A DNA stretch of 64,000 bases from NCBI GenBank assembly GCA_035420965.1, contig DAOLWC010000002.1:970-64969 (forward strand). Reading direction: 5' to 3'. A program made the translations under genes and the position numbers. Source of the stretch: Candidatus Cloacimonadota bacterium (GTDB lineage: Bacteria; Cloacimonadota; Cloacimonadia; Cloacimonadales; Cloacimonadaceae). How positions within the stretch are numbered: the stretch's first letter is position 1; each line of letters starts with the position of its first letter. The notes beneath the pieces were generated by a model. That model worked only from the letters and a program-made list of their open reading frames with translations. It searched no databases and had not been told where the DNA came from. This document shows positions 38,592 to 47,360 of this stretch, in pieces.

Positions 38592-41060
38592 TTAGAACTG
38601 GATACTCCCCGCGTTGATGGGGGCAAGCATCAGAATCTCTTCGCCTTGCAGGTCTTTCCACAGTTCATAGGCCTTGATGTAATCGCCGCCCATGTCTTCC
38701 AGCAAACCGAGGACAGGCAGGCCCATAAAGGGATTGCCGCCCATCTGGACATCGATTCCGCCAGGCTTGGAGGTGGCGTTCACCAGGGTTACTTCGCCCT
38801 TGAGCCCTGCCAGTTCGCGCATCTCAGCCCTGGCTGTTTCCAGTCCGCCCAAAGCGTCCACCAGGCCTATCTGGTAGGCTTGCTTGCCTGTCCAGACCCT
38901 GCCCTGGGCGATCTCGTGCACCTGCTCCAGCGTAAGGTTATCCCGCCCGGCGTCCACTATGCCAACAAATTCTTCATAGATGGCTTCGATCGCGTTCGTC
39001 ATACGCGCCTTTTCCTCTTCGCTCCAATCTCTGGTCATTGAGCCGAAATCGGCATTTTGCCCTTTGTTGACAGTGGACCAGTGCACTTTGACCTTATCCA
39101 TCAGGCGCCTGGTGTTGAACGACAGCCCGATCACCCCGATGGAACCGGTGAGGGTGGAAGGCTCGGCTACTATCTTGTCTGCCTTGCAGGAAATGTAATA
39201 GCCTCCGGAAGCCGCCGCTCCTGCCATCGAGACCACCACCGGTTTCTTGTTTTCACTTTGTGCCAAAGCCAGTTCGTTGAGGATGATGTCAGAGGCCTGG
39301 GCTGAACCGCCCCCGCTGTCAACACGCAGGATTATTCCCTTGTAGGCCTTGTTCTTGCGTGCTTCGCGGATGAGTTCCACAGTTGTCTTATGGGCGATGC
39401 TCTTGCCCGGGGTTCCCTCGCCCATCACAATGTTGCCGCTGGCATAGATCACAGCCACCAAATCCTGCCTGGGTTTGGCCCAGTTGTATTCTCGATAGTC
39501 CGCCAGGCCGGATTGGTGCCCCGATATCCCGAAACCATCTTCCAGGCGCTCATCCAGGTCTCCCTCGTAAATGAGGGCGTCCACCAGGCCGGCTTTGAGG
39601 GCGTCCTTAGCCAGGAAGTAGGGCCCGGCGTCGATGGTCTCCGCCACCCCTTTGGCTAGCCTTGAGCCGCGTCCGCTTTGGATGGAGGCCAGAATCTCGT
39701 CATAGACGCTTTGCAAAAGGGACTCATACACTTCCCGCTCGGCTTCGGTCATCTCGGATTCCGAGAACATATTGCCAGCACTTTTGTAGCGGTGGGAGCG
39801 GAAATTAAGCACATCCACACCCAGGCTCTTGAGCAGGTCGCCAAGATAGGGGCTTTTGGCGGAAAGACCGCGCAGATCGACCCCGCCCACGGGATTCAGA
39901 TAGATGCTGTCCGCCACCGCGGATGCGAAGAAATAGCCTCCGTTGGAGATATTGTCGTAGTAAGCGCTTATCTTTTTGCCCGAGGCCTTGAATTCATTCA
40001 CCGCCGCCAATAGCTCTTCCATCAGGGCATAGGAACTGGAGAAGCTGGGATTCCTGAGCATGATGCCGCTCACAGCCGGGTCTTGGGCTGCCTGTTTCAG
40101 CGTGGCTGTCAAAGTCTCGATGCTGATGGTGTTTTTGTCATAGACCTTGAACGGCCCGAACTCGTATTTGGGCGCTTTGTAGCTGACGATGGAGCCTTTG
40201 AGGCTCATGTCATACCAGTTGTTTGGCTTGATACCCAGAAAAGGCAGGTAGGTTTTATTGGTGAGATGGATGTAAGGGATGGCGTAACGCCCTTTGCCTT
40301 TCATCCTGTTCAGGGCGCCCAGGTCGGTTTTGCCGAAGCTCAGGCTGAAGGAGAGCTGCGCGGTTTCAGATTCCAGGTTGTAGCTGCCGCCGATGTTGAC
40401 TCCGTCAAGCAATTGGGTCTGAACCCCCAAGGTCGGCTTCTTGACCTTATAGGAACCGTCTTCCCTCCGGTAATCCACATCTGCGCTCAGCTCCAGGCGA
40501 TGTCCGGCCGCCGAGGTGATCAGGGCTAGGGGACGGATGGCCGCCCCAAAGCGGTATTCCGGCTTTTTGCCATAGGGATTGTCCCAGGTGAAGCCCACCG
40601 ACGCGGAGTTTACGGGGCGGTAGGTGAAGCCGCTGCGCCAATCCCCTTTTCTGATATTTGAGTTTTTCCAGCGGTAGCTGCTGCCCGCATATAGGTTGGG
40701 AAAAATGTGGCGCGGCAGGTATTCCGAGCCGCTGGCAAGGGTGTGGTAGTTCACGCCGCGTCCCTGGTTCAGCTTGTCATATTCATACACATAGCTCAGC
40801 CCTTCCAGATTGGCGAACAGCCAGTATTGCTTTTGCAACTTCTTGGCATCATACACCTGCGCCCAGCCGAAGCCGTCGGAGTGTCCCGTTCCGCACAGGG
40901 CGGGGTTGAACACGGGGATAAACAGGTTGTCGATGCTGGCCAGCGGAAAATCCATGTCCTCCAGCCGTTCTATCACGATTGGGTCTTCGCTTCCATCCGC
41001 GAACACAGGCATCGCCGCCAATAGCAACAACGCCAATATCAAATATACTTTTCTCATCAT
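38592..41060 (-). CDS. sppA: Signal peptide peptidase SppA with an extra N-terminal beta-rich domain
   Basis: YKSA, LRVDS.GGSA.AS, PVVVSM...AASGGY, TLTGSIGV, AQGRVWTG.QA...GLVD.LGG. Confidence 0.9.
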   Translation of the reverse strand: MMRKVYLILALLLLAAMPVFADGSEDPIVIERLEDMDFPLASIDNLFIPVFNPALCGTGHSDGFGWAQVYDAKKLQKQYWLFANLEGLSYVYEYDKLNQGRGVNYHTLASGSEYLPRHIFPNLYAGSSYRWKNSNIRKGDWRSGFTYRPVNSASVGFTWDNPYGKKPEYRFGAAIRPLALITSAAGHRLELSADVDYRREDGSYKVKKPTLGVQTQLLDGVNIGGSYNLESETAQLSFSLSFGKTDLGALNRMKGKGRYAIPYIHLTNKTYLPFLGIKPNNWYDMSLKGSIVSYKAPKYEFGPFKVYDKNTISIETLTATLKQAAQDPAVSGIMLRNPSFSSSYALMEELLAAVNEFKASGKKISAYYDNISNGGYFFASAVADSIYLNPVGGVDLRGLSAKSPYLGDLLKSLGVDVLNFRSHRYKSAGNMFSESEMTEAEREVYESLLQSVYDEILASIQSGRGSRLAKGVAETIDAGPYFLAKDALKAGLVDALIYEGDLDERLEDGFGISGHQSGLADYREYNWAKPRQDLVAVIYASGNIVMGEGTPGKSIAHKTTVELIREARKNKAYKGIILRVDSGGGSAQASDIILNELALAQSENKKPVVVSMAGAAASGGYYISCKADKIVAEPSTLTGSIGVIGLSFNTRRLMDKVKVHWSTVNKGQNADFGSMTRDWSEEEKARMTNAIEAIYEEFVGIVDAGRDNLTLEQVHEIAQGRVWTGKQAYQIGLVDALGGLETARAEMRELAGLKGEVTLVNATSKPGGIDVQMGGNPFMGLPVLGLLEDMGGDYIKAYELWKDLQGEEILMLAPINAGSIQF

Positions 41061-41214
41061 TGCCTCCCTGGGCTTTATTTGTTTAATTGTATTACAGGTT
41101 GTTCCGCCGGGCTGGCCGGGCGCGGGTCCCGGGCTACCCTGGACCCGTTCGGGGCAGGTATCGCCACATTATCTTTGCAGTGCGCTTCGGCGTTACGCTT
41201 TTTGTCAATATAAA

Positions 41215-42075
41215 TCACTTCAACTCCCTTTCCTTGTAGATTAGGGCCCCGGCAACGCCAAAGGCGAGGCTGTAGCCCAGTTTGAGCAGGTTTGACCAGG
41301 AGAAGATCCTCACCCAGCCGCTATTCACGAAATCCCACATCTGGTCTTTATGGTCCAGGGTTATGGCTAAGTCAGTGAAGCCGAGGTCGATCGTGAGCAC
41401 CTTGCTGAGCAGAAAACCTGACAGCGACCCGATATTCCAGCCAAAGATGCTGTTAAGGGTCAGGATCAGGATTTCCATCACTATAATCATCAACCCCATC
41501 ATCAGGAACGACCGCTGTTTGAAGATGGCGCCGAACAGCCAGCAGAAGGAGCCTATCAGCAATATCTGAAGGCCCATCTGAAGCCAGGTCTGAAGCCATG
41601 ACACCAGCCCCATCCCAAACTGAGCGCCGTATACCGCGCTGAAGAAGGTCGAGATGACCAGGCTGTTCACCAGGGACACCGCCCCCAACACCAGGATCGG
41701 CCCCAGGCTCATGAAGGCGAATTTGCTGCCGCTGAGCAGGGGGAAGGGCACCGGTTGCGAGAAATGGAGGATTTCGCACTTGTGGCGGGCGTCGCCGTTG
41801 AGCACATTGTCGCCGATGGCGATGGCGCTGATTGCGGAGATGAAGCTCGTCATCAATGTCGTTCCAAACACCATGATAAAAAGCCCCATGGTTTTAGCTC
41901 CCGTGCCCGTCTCCACATCTCGCATGACCATAATGGGTTTGACGCCCTGCGACCACGCGACTGTGGCCGCTATCCCCACTGCCAGGTAGATGAACAGGGT
42001 GGCATACACGGGCAGGAGCAGGGTAAAGCGGTTGGTATGCCATTCTTTTTTGAACAAGGCCTTAAGCTGTTTCAT
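41215..42075 (-). CDS. ABC-2 type transporter permease
   Basis: L.KKE start, about six TMs, SQPV.....SKF; downstream of an ABC ATPase. Confidence 0.75.
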   Translation of the reverse strand: MKQLKALFKKEWHTNRFTLLLPVYATLFIYLAVGIAATVAWSQGVKPIMVMRDVETGTGAKTMGLFIMVFGTTLMTSFISAISAIAIGDNVLNGDARHKCEILHFSQPVPFPLLSGSKFAFMSLGPILVLGAVSLVNSLVISTFFSAVYGAQFGMGLVSWLQTWLQMGLQILLIGSFCWLFGAIFKQRSFLMMGLMIIVMEILILTLNSIFGWNIGSLSGFLLSKVLTIDLGFTDLAITLDHKDQMWDFVNSGWVRIFSWSNLLKLGYSLAFGVAGALIYKERELK

Positions 42076-42919
42076 TGGAACCTCCCACAATGCTCAGGAA
42101 GATGTCCGCGAGATTCACCCTGCCATAGGCGGCGCCGGGGATCTCCACCCTGGAATCCAGAACCGCGCTGAAGAATCCCAGGGTCTTGGAAGTCACTTTG
42201 GGAGAATGCGCCAATATCTCCGCGCTCCGGTCTGACGGCAGCGAGACCACGCGGTATCTTTCTTTCAGCGCCTCCACTTCTTCGTGCAGGATGATCCTGC
42301 CGTTGTCGATGATGATTATCTCCTGGAGCAGGTCTTCCACTTCCTCCACCTGATGGGTGGAAATCAGGATGCTCCGTTCCTCGTCGAAAAACTCACCCAG
42401 GATTGTGTTGAAGAATTCCTTGCGGAAGGCGATGTCCAGCCCCAGGGTGGGTTCGTCGAGCAGGAGCATGTTCACATCCAGCGACAGGGTGATAAGCAGG
42501 TAGAGCTTGGTTTTCATGCCTTTGGAGAGTTTCCCCACCTTCTTTTTGAGGGGCAGGTTGCTGAGCGCGAAAAGCTGCGCCGCCCGTTCCTCGTTCCAGC
42601 GGTTGTTTACGCCGCGCACATAGTCGATGGTCTGCGCCACCGTGAGCCGGTCGTCAAGGCCGCTCACATCCGGGATGAACGCCACATTTTCAAATATCCG
42701 GTGGTTGCGCCTCGCGACATTCCCGCCATAAAGCTCCACATTCCCCTCGTGGCGCAAAAATCCCAACATGCAGCGCATCAGTGTGGATTTCCCCGCCCCA
42801 TTCTTACCCAGCAGGCCGATTATCTTGCCTTTGCCGATATTCAAATCCACCGCGTCCAGCGCTTTGAATTTGCCGTAGTGTTTGGTCAGTCCGTTGATCC
42901 GGTAGATCGTCTCACTCAT
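42062..42919 (-). CDS. ABC transporter ATP-binding protein
   Basis: GKNGAGKST, LSKGM, LLLDEPT.GLD, ISTH. Confidence 0.95.
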   Translation of the reverse strand: MSETIYRINGLTKHYGKFKALDAVDLNIGKGKIIGLLGKNGAGKSTLMRCMLGFLRHEGNVELYGGNVARRNHRIFENVAFIPDVSGLDDRLTVAQTIDYVRGVNNRWNEERAAQLFALSNLPLKKKVGKLSKGMKTKLYLLITLSLDVNMLLLDEPTLGLDIAFRKEFFNTILGEFFDEERSILISTHQVEEVEDLLQEIIIIDNGRIILHEEVEALKERYRVVSLPSDRSAEILAHSPKVTSKTLGFFSAVLDSRVEIPGAAYGRVNLADIFLSIVGGSNETA

Positions 42920-43286
42920 CCTTTCCTCCATATATGTCATCAATTATCCTGTATAGTTCTTCCTTGGGCACTTCAAGCTGGCGGGCGTTGACAATGACCG
43001 GCTCCAGCTTCTCTTTCACAAAATCTTTCCCGCGGGTGGCGATGATCAGTTGCCTGGCGTCGGGCGAAACATACATCCCCACTCCCCGCTTCTTGTAGAG
43101 GATGCCTTCATCCACCAGCGAGCTGAGGGCGTTTCCAACCGTGATCGGGTTGAGGTTGTAATCCCGCGACATCACCCGGATGGAAGGGATGGCTTCCTCT
43201 TCCTCCAGGGCTTTGTCCAGGATAAGCTCCTCGATGTGTTGCCTCAGCTGCAAGTAGATTGGCGCTTCGGCGTTGAAGATTTTCAT
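42912..43286 (-). CDS. GntR family regulator (YtrA subfamily)
   Basis: PIYLQL...IPSIR.....NP.TV......L...G...K.RG.G.YV; short; heads an ABC operon. Confidence 0.9.
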   Translation of the reverse strand: MKIFNAEAPIYLQLRQHIEELILDKALEEEEAIPSIRVMSRDYNLNPITVGNALSSLVDEGILYKKRGVGMYVSPDARQLIIATRGKDFVKEKLEPVIVNARQLEVPKEELYRIIDDIYGGKDE

Positions 43287-43322
43287 GTTCACCTCTTTGC
43301 TTTGTTCACCGTGGTGATGTCA

Positions 43323-43348
43323 TAGTGTTGTGGTCACCTAATACACTA
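43323..43348. promoter_or_regulatory. Candidate YtrA-type operator next to the gntR promoter
   Basis: Imperfect inverted repeat tagtgt-tgtggtcacctaat-acacta beside a minus-strand TTGACA at 43359-43364. Confidence 0.5.
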
Positions 43349-43602
43349 CCTGTCTTTCTGTCAAGGAAAATCTCAAACTTTTTTTCTTGATGGATGATAA
43401 CTTATTGCCCCAGACACTATTCCAGCTACTCACGCAACGAAAGGGAAGGACAGGGTGTGAAATTTGTTGACAAGACCCGTCCCTGTGTTTAGCCATTCCG
43501 AAAGCATGAAACAATGGAAAACCCAGCCCTTGTGCCGGTATACGCCTGTCCGGGGCGCCAATGGCGTGAGGCAGCCTGGCTATCCGCCTGAAAGGAGATG
43601 CG

Positions 43603-44535
43603 ATGCGACTGAGATTCTTTGTGTTGGCGATTATGGCCACATTATTGCTGGTGGCCTGCGAAGACAGGCCAAGCCAAACGCCTGAAGCGCGGGACCATGG
43701 CTTTGGGCTCATCAAAGTGGAACTGGAAGACCTGTTCTGGAACAGGGATTACCTCTATGACGACATCTCCCATCCCGATTGCGACTCCGACGGCGTGTTT
43801 CTCTTTGCCTATGAGGGGCAGTATTATTACCACCCCGTGGCTATCGGCTACCTCGTCCAGAAGGCCCTCAGCGATTATCTGTTGAGCAACGACCCCAAAT
43901 ACCTCGATTATGCCGGAAAATCGGTAAACGCCCTGGCGGAAAGGGCGACAAGGTCAAATGGAGGGATGTATTTCCCTTATAATTACGACTATCCCATCTA
44001 TGGCGGAGAGATCGTTTACAGGGCCCCCTGGTATTCCGGTATGGCCCAGGGTGTCTTGCTTTCCTGCTTTTCCAGGCTCTATTACTGTACCGGTGATCCC
44101 AAATACGAGGCCTGGGCGGACTCCACCTTCGCGACCTTCAGCGACTTCAAAAACGATATTTCCACGGTGTATGTCACCCATAACGACCTACTAAGCCTGG
44201 GTGACGGCTACTATTGGGTGGAGGAATATCCCAATCCAGTCAGGCGGTTTGTCCTGAATGGCTCGATCATGGGTTCCTTTGGGCTTTACGATTACTGGTG
44301 GGTGTTTGGGGACTTGGAAGCCAAAAGGCTCTTCAGTATGGAAATGACCTCCGTCCTCGACCATTTCCCCCTCTACCGCAATCCCGGCGATATCAGCTAT
44401 TACTGCCTGAAGTTCAAGCGCAAGGATGCCTATTACCACCAAGTGCACCAGTGGTTGCTGGAACAATGTTGCGTATACACGGGGGACACCAGGTTCTGGG
44501 TGATGTCGGGCATCCTCGGGGCGGATTACCATTAA
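43603..44535 (+). CDS. D-glucuronyl C5-epimerase C-terminal domain lipoprotein
   Basis: WYSGMAQG, W.EEYP, FVLNG....GLYD, YH..H...L; LLVAC lipobox; AAGGAG RBS. Confidence 0.8.
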   Translation: MRLRFFVLAIMATLLLVACEDRPSQTPEARDHGFGLIKVELEDLFWNRDYLYDDISHPDCDSDGVFLFAYEGQYYYHPVAIGYLVQKALSDYLLSNDPKYLDYAGKSVNALAERATRSNGGMYFPYNYDYPIYGGEIVYRAPWYSGMAQGVLLSCFSRLYYCTGDPKYEAWADSTFATFSDFKNDISTVYVTHNDLLSLGDGYYWVEEYPNPVRRFVLNGSIMGSFGLYDYWWVFGDLEAKRLFSMEMTSVLDHFPLYRNPGDISYYCLKFKRKDAYYHQVHQWLLEQCCVYTGDTRFWVMSGILGADYH

Positions 44536-44548
44536 GCCGAGGAATACT

Positions 44549-45364
44549 TCAGAACAGTGGCTTCATCTTGCGCACCATTCCCAGATAGAATATGGGGCCC
44601 CACTTGGCTGAAGACTCTCCGGAACTGAGTTCCGTGCCACCTTGTAGCGTTATGTTTATATTTTTCCGGATTCTGATGTCCATGTGCCCCATGATAGCGT
44701 AGCGCTGGAACCGGTTCAGGGGTTGATCAAGGTAATCAATGGTGCTCCACGCGCCTTCCCCCGGTCCGTTGATGTCGCTATGCAACCAATCCATGGCGCC
44801 GCGGGCAGTTAAGCTGAAAATGTGTTCCACATTTGGAGAGTATTCATAAAGCTTGCTGACAGTTATGGGCAGTTCCAGTGACAGGCGTTCGTAACGATTC
44901 CTATAGTTATTACCAATGGGCTCTATGCCTTTGGCGATTTCACCTCCCGGGAATACCGCAAAATAGGTATTCTGCCCCAAGTTGAAGGATTTCTGGACAT
45001 TGACCTTCAAATCATAGCCAAGGGTAAATTCCGCATAGAGTTGATCATAAACGTTACCATTGAAGCCCGGTCCTATAGAGATCTCTCCTTGAAAACCAAG
45101 CGCGTAGCCATTGCCCAATCCATAATCCGAGAGCATAGGGGTCTGAAGGGCATTATTGTTTGATGCTCCACTTTGAATTTCTTCATTCAAGGTATCCGGC
45201 TTGTATCTTCCCAGACAAGAGATTTGGTTCGTAGATGCAATACCATAAGAAAAGCGACGCTCGCCCGCCTTCAATGGAAGGGCGTTTCTGGGATGGCTGT
45301 TATTCACATAGGCGCAAGCCCCAAGAAGCAAAACAGATATCAAAAGCCCGACACGCTTGATCAT
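44549..45364 (-). CDS. Hypothetical lipoprotein, beta-rich
   Basis: LLLGAC lipobox, GAGG RBS, 271-aa ORF. Confidence 0.7.
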   Translation of the reverse strand: MIKRVGLLISVLLLGACAYVNNSHPRNALPLKAGERRFSYGIASTNQISCLGRYKPDTLNEEIQSGASNNNALQTPMLSDYGLGNGYALGFQGEISIGPGFNGNVYDQLYAEFTLGYDLKVNVQKSFNLGQNTYFAVFPGGEIAKGIEPIGNNYRNRYERLSLELPITVSKLYEYSPNVEHIFSLTARGAMDWLHSDINGPGEGAWSTIDYLDQPLNRFQRYAIMGHMDIRIRKNINITLQGGTELSSGESSAKWGPIFYLGMVRKMKPLF

Positions 45365-45625
45365 AAATCCTCATATCTATTTTATTTATTTTGAAAGTGC
45401 AATTATCGTGCCAAAATAAGAATATTCCCCACGTATCTGTCCGTATGATGCCTGGCATGCCAATCTTATACGGATTGACGGATTGAACTGATTTACGGTT
45501 TACCATGGTAAAAGAAGAAAGCTTTTCAGCCAGACCCAAAACAAAACATCACCAAACACCAATTCGCGCCATTACGAGGGGGTGGCAAAGTCCGTTTGCC
45601 ACAGAGACCGGAGGTCTCTCCCCAA

Positions 45626-45685
45626 CCGCGTCATCCCGGGAAGCCGGGGGCCCCTCTGGGGTGGCTTACCCGGAATACAGTCTTT
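45626..45685. repeat. Module C (CGTC-type REP with nested hairpin), left arm of a 60-bp inverted repeat
   Basis: 57/60 identity to the reverse complement of 45954-46013. Confidence 0.95.
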
Positions 45686-45717
45686 GATAATGAGCAATTC
45701 CACCATTCCACCTGTCG

Positions 45718-45878
45718 TAGCACCTATATATTATGAGGGGGTGGGCCTCATTTGCATCACCCTATCCGGAGTGGGTCTTCCTGGGGTCAACCTTATAATT
45801 TATAAGGATGACCTAAGGATGATGGCACAAAAGCCTGTAGCAGCAAAGGAGGGCGCTATGAAGGATATTGCGGAATGT
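45718..45878. repeat. Intergenic module A, copy 3 (core 45785-45826)
   Basis: Ungapped reverse-complement match to 2859-3019. Confidence 0.95.
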
Positions 45879-45953
45879 ATCGGTTAATACATGTGGTTGT
45901 CAAGGAATTGATGCCGGTTGTTTTTTTTAACTGAGTGCTTGATTGGGGCTTTA

Positions 45954-46013
45954 AAAGACTGGATCCCGGGTAAGCCACCCCAGAGGGGCCCCCGGCTTCC
46001 CGGGATGACACGG
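45954..46013. repeat. Module C, right arm of the 60-bp inverted repeat
   Basis: aaagactggatcccggg...cccgggatgacacgg; ends identical to those of 59260-59345. Confidence 0.95.
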
Positions 46014-46047
46014 TAAATAGCCTGTCGGACTGGTTTCGGGGGGGTAC

Positions 46048-46087
46048 CTTTCCACCATTTCACCTTTTCACCATTTCACCTTTCCAC
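46048..46087. repeat. Module D: five tandem 8-mers CWTTYCAC
   Basis: ctttccac catttcac cttttcac catttcac ctttccac. Confidence 0.9.
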
Positions 46088-46193
46088 CTCAAAAACACTT
46101 TGCCCCCCACAGGCGCAATCCCCCGCCCTAACCATGCCCGCCCCTCAGAAAAGCCTTGACAAAGCATTGCTTTACCGATCTAAGGGCATTACT

Positions 46194-47360
46194 ATGTCTA
46201 TTATTGTTAAAAAATTTGGCGGAACTTCGGTGGGAAACACCGATCTGATCCAGAATATCGCCCGCAAGATAGCCCGTGAGAAGCGGGCGGAAGATTCGCT
46301 GGTATTGGTGGTGTCTGCCATGGCCAAGACCACCGACGACCTCGTTAAGCTTGCCTATGGCATCTCAGACCACCCCTCGAGGCGGGAACTGGATATGTTG
46401 CTCACTGCCGGGGAGCGCATCAGCATGTCGCTGCTCTCCCTTGCTTTGCAAAACGAGGGGCTGGAGTCCATCTCGTTCACTGGGTCGCAGAGCGGGATAA
46501 TCACGGACAACAAGCACGGCAACGCACGCATCCTCAATGTGAACGCCTTCCGCATCAACCAGGAACTGGAAAAGGGGAAGATCGTGATCGTGGCGGGCTT
46601 TCAGGGCGTGAGCCAGGATAAGGAGATAACAACACTGGGGCGGGGCGGTTCGGACACCTCGGCGGTGGCCCTGGCCTGCTACCTCAAAGCCAGCCGCTGC
46701 GAGATCTACACCGATGTGGCGGGCGTGTATTCGGCAGACCCGCGCCTGGTGGAAAAGCCGCATCTGCTCAGGAACATAGGTTACGCCCAGATGCTCGCCC
46801 TGGCCTACAGCGGCTCCAAGGTCTTGCATCCCCGGGCGGTGGAATTTGCCTATAAATACCGCATCCCCGTGGAGGTGAAAAGCTCTTTCACCTTTGAGGC
46901 CGGAACCCTCATCCATGATAAAAAGGAAGAAAATATGGAAGAACGCAGCATCAACGCGATCGCCAACAAACAAGGCCTGCTCAGGCTCGAACTGGCAAGG
47001 GAAGAACGATTGAACGGGCTTCTGAGGAACTGGAACAACGAAATCTTCAAATACCGGGTGGAAAACGACCGGGTGGAACTGGTGGTGGAAGAGAAATACC
47101 AAAGCGAAATCCGTTACCAGCTTGGACAGGCGGGAATCCCCATCCTCGCCGAACAGGAGGATGTGGGACAGGTGACGCTGGTGGGGCTGGGGATAAACCT
47201 GGATCCCGGCTTCCTGGCCGCCACCCTGGAGCTTTGCGAGCCATTCTCCGTGGAACGCATCCAACACAGCGACCAAACCATCGAGCTGACCCTGCCCTCA
47301 AATCAGGTGAACGAGTGCGTGGCAGCCTTGCATAAAGCCTTTATCGGAGACGCCAAATGA
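46194..47360 (+). CDS. lysC: Aspartate kinase
   Basis: V.KFGGTSV, VVSAM..TTD, GER.S, V.GFQG, TLGRGGSD.SA, TDV.GVY.ADP, KVLH.RAV. Confidence 0.95.
   Translation: MSIIVKKFGGTSVGNTDLIQNIARKIAREKRAEDSLVLVVSAMAKTTDDLVKLAYGISDHPSRRELDMLLTAGERISMSLLSLALQNEGLESISFTGSQSGIITDNKHGNARILNVNAFRINQELEKGKIVIVAGFQGVSQDKEITTLGRGGSDTSAVALACYLKASRCEIYTDVAGVYSADPRLVEKPHLLRNIGYAQMLALAYSGSKVLHPRAVEFAYKYRIPVEVKSSFTFEAGTLIHDKKEENMEERSINAIANKQGLLRLELAREERLNGLLRNWNNEIFKYRVENDRVELVVEEKYQSEIRYQLGQAGIPILAEQEDVGQVTLVGLGINLDPGFLAATLELCEPFSVERIQHSDQTIELTLPSNQVNECVAALHKAFIGDAK

Noticed and set aside
41100-41205. GC-rich hairpins upstream of sppA (cgggtcc/ggacccg; cgc-ttcg-gcg)
   Set aside because: No tRNA, SRP or riboswitch consensus recognised and single copy; probably a UTR or terminator-type structure.
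45432-45500. tccgtat/atacgga stem with cggattga repeats
   Set aside because: Short, single occurrence in the window; insufficient support.
45714-45741. dif-like appearance (tatata-ttatg)
   Set aside because: Only TTATG of the XerD arm matches, there is no XerC arm, and the sequence is multicopy.
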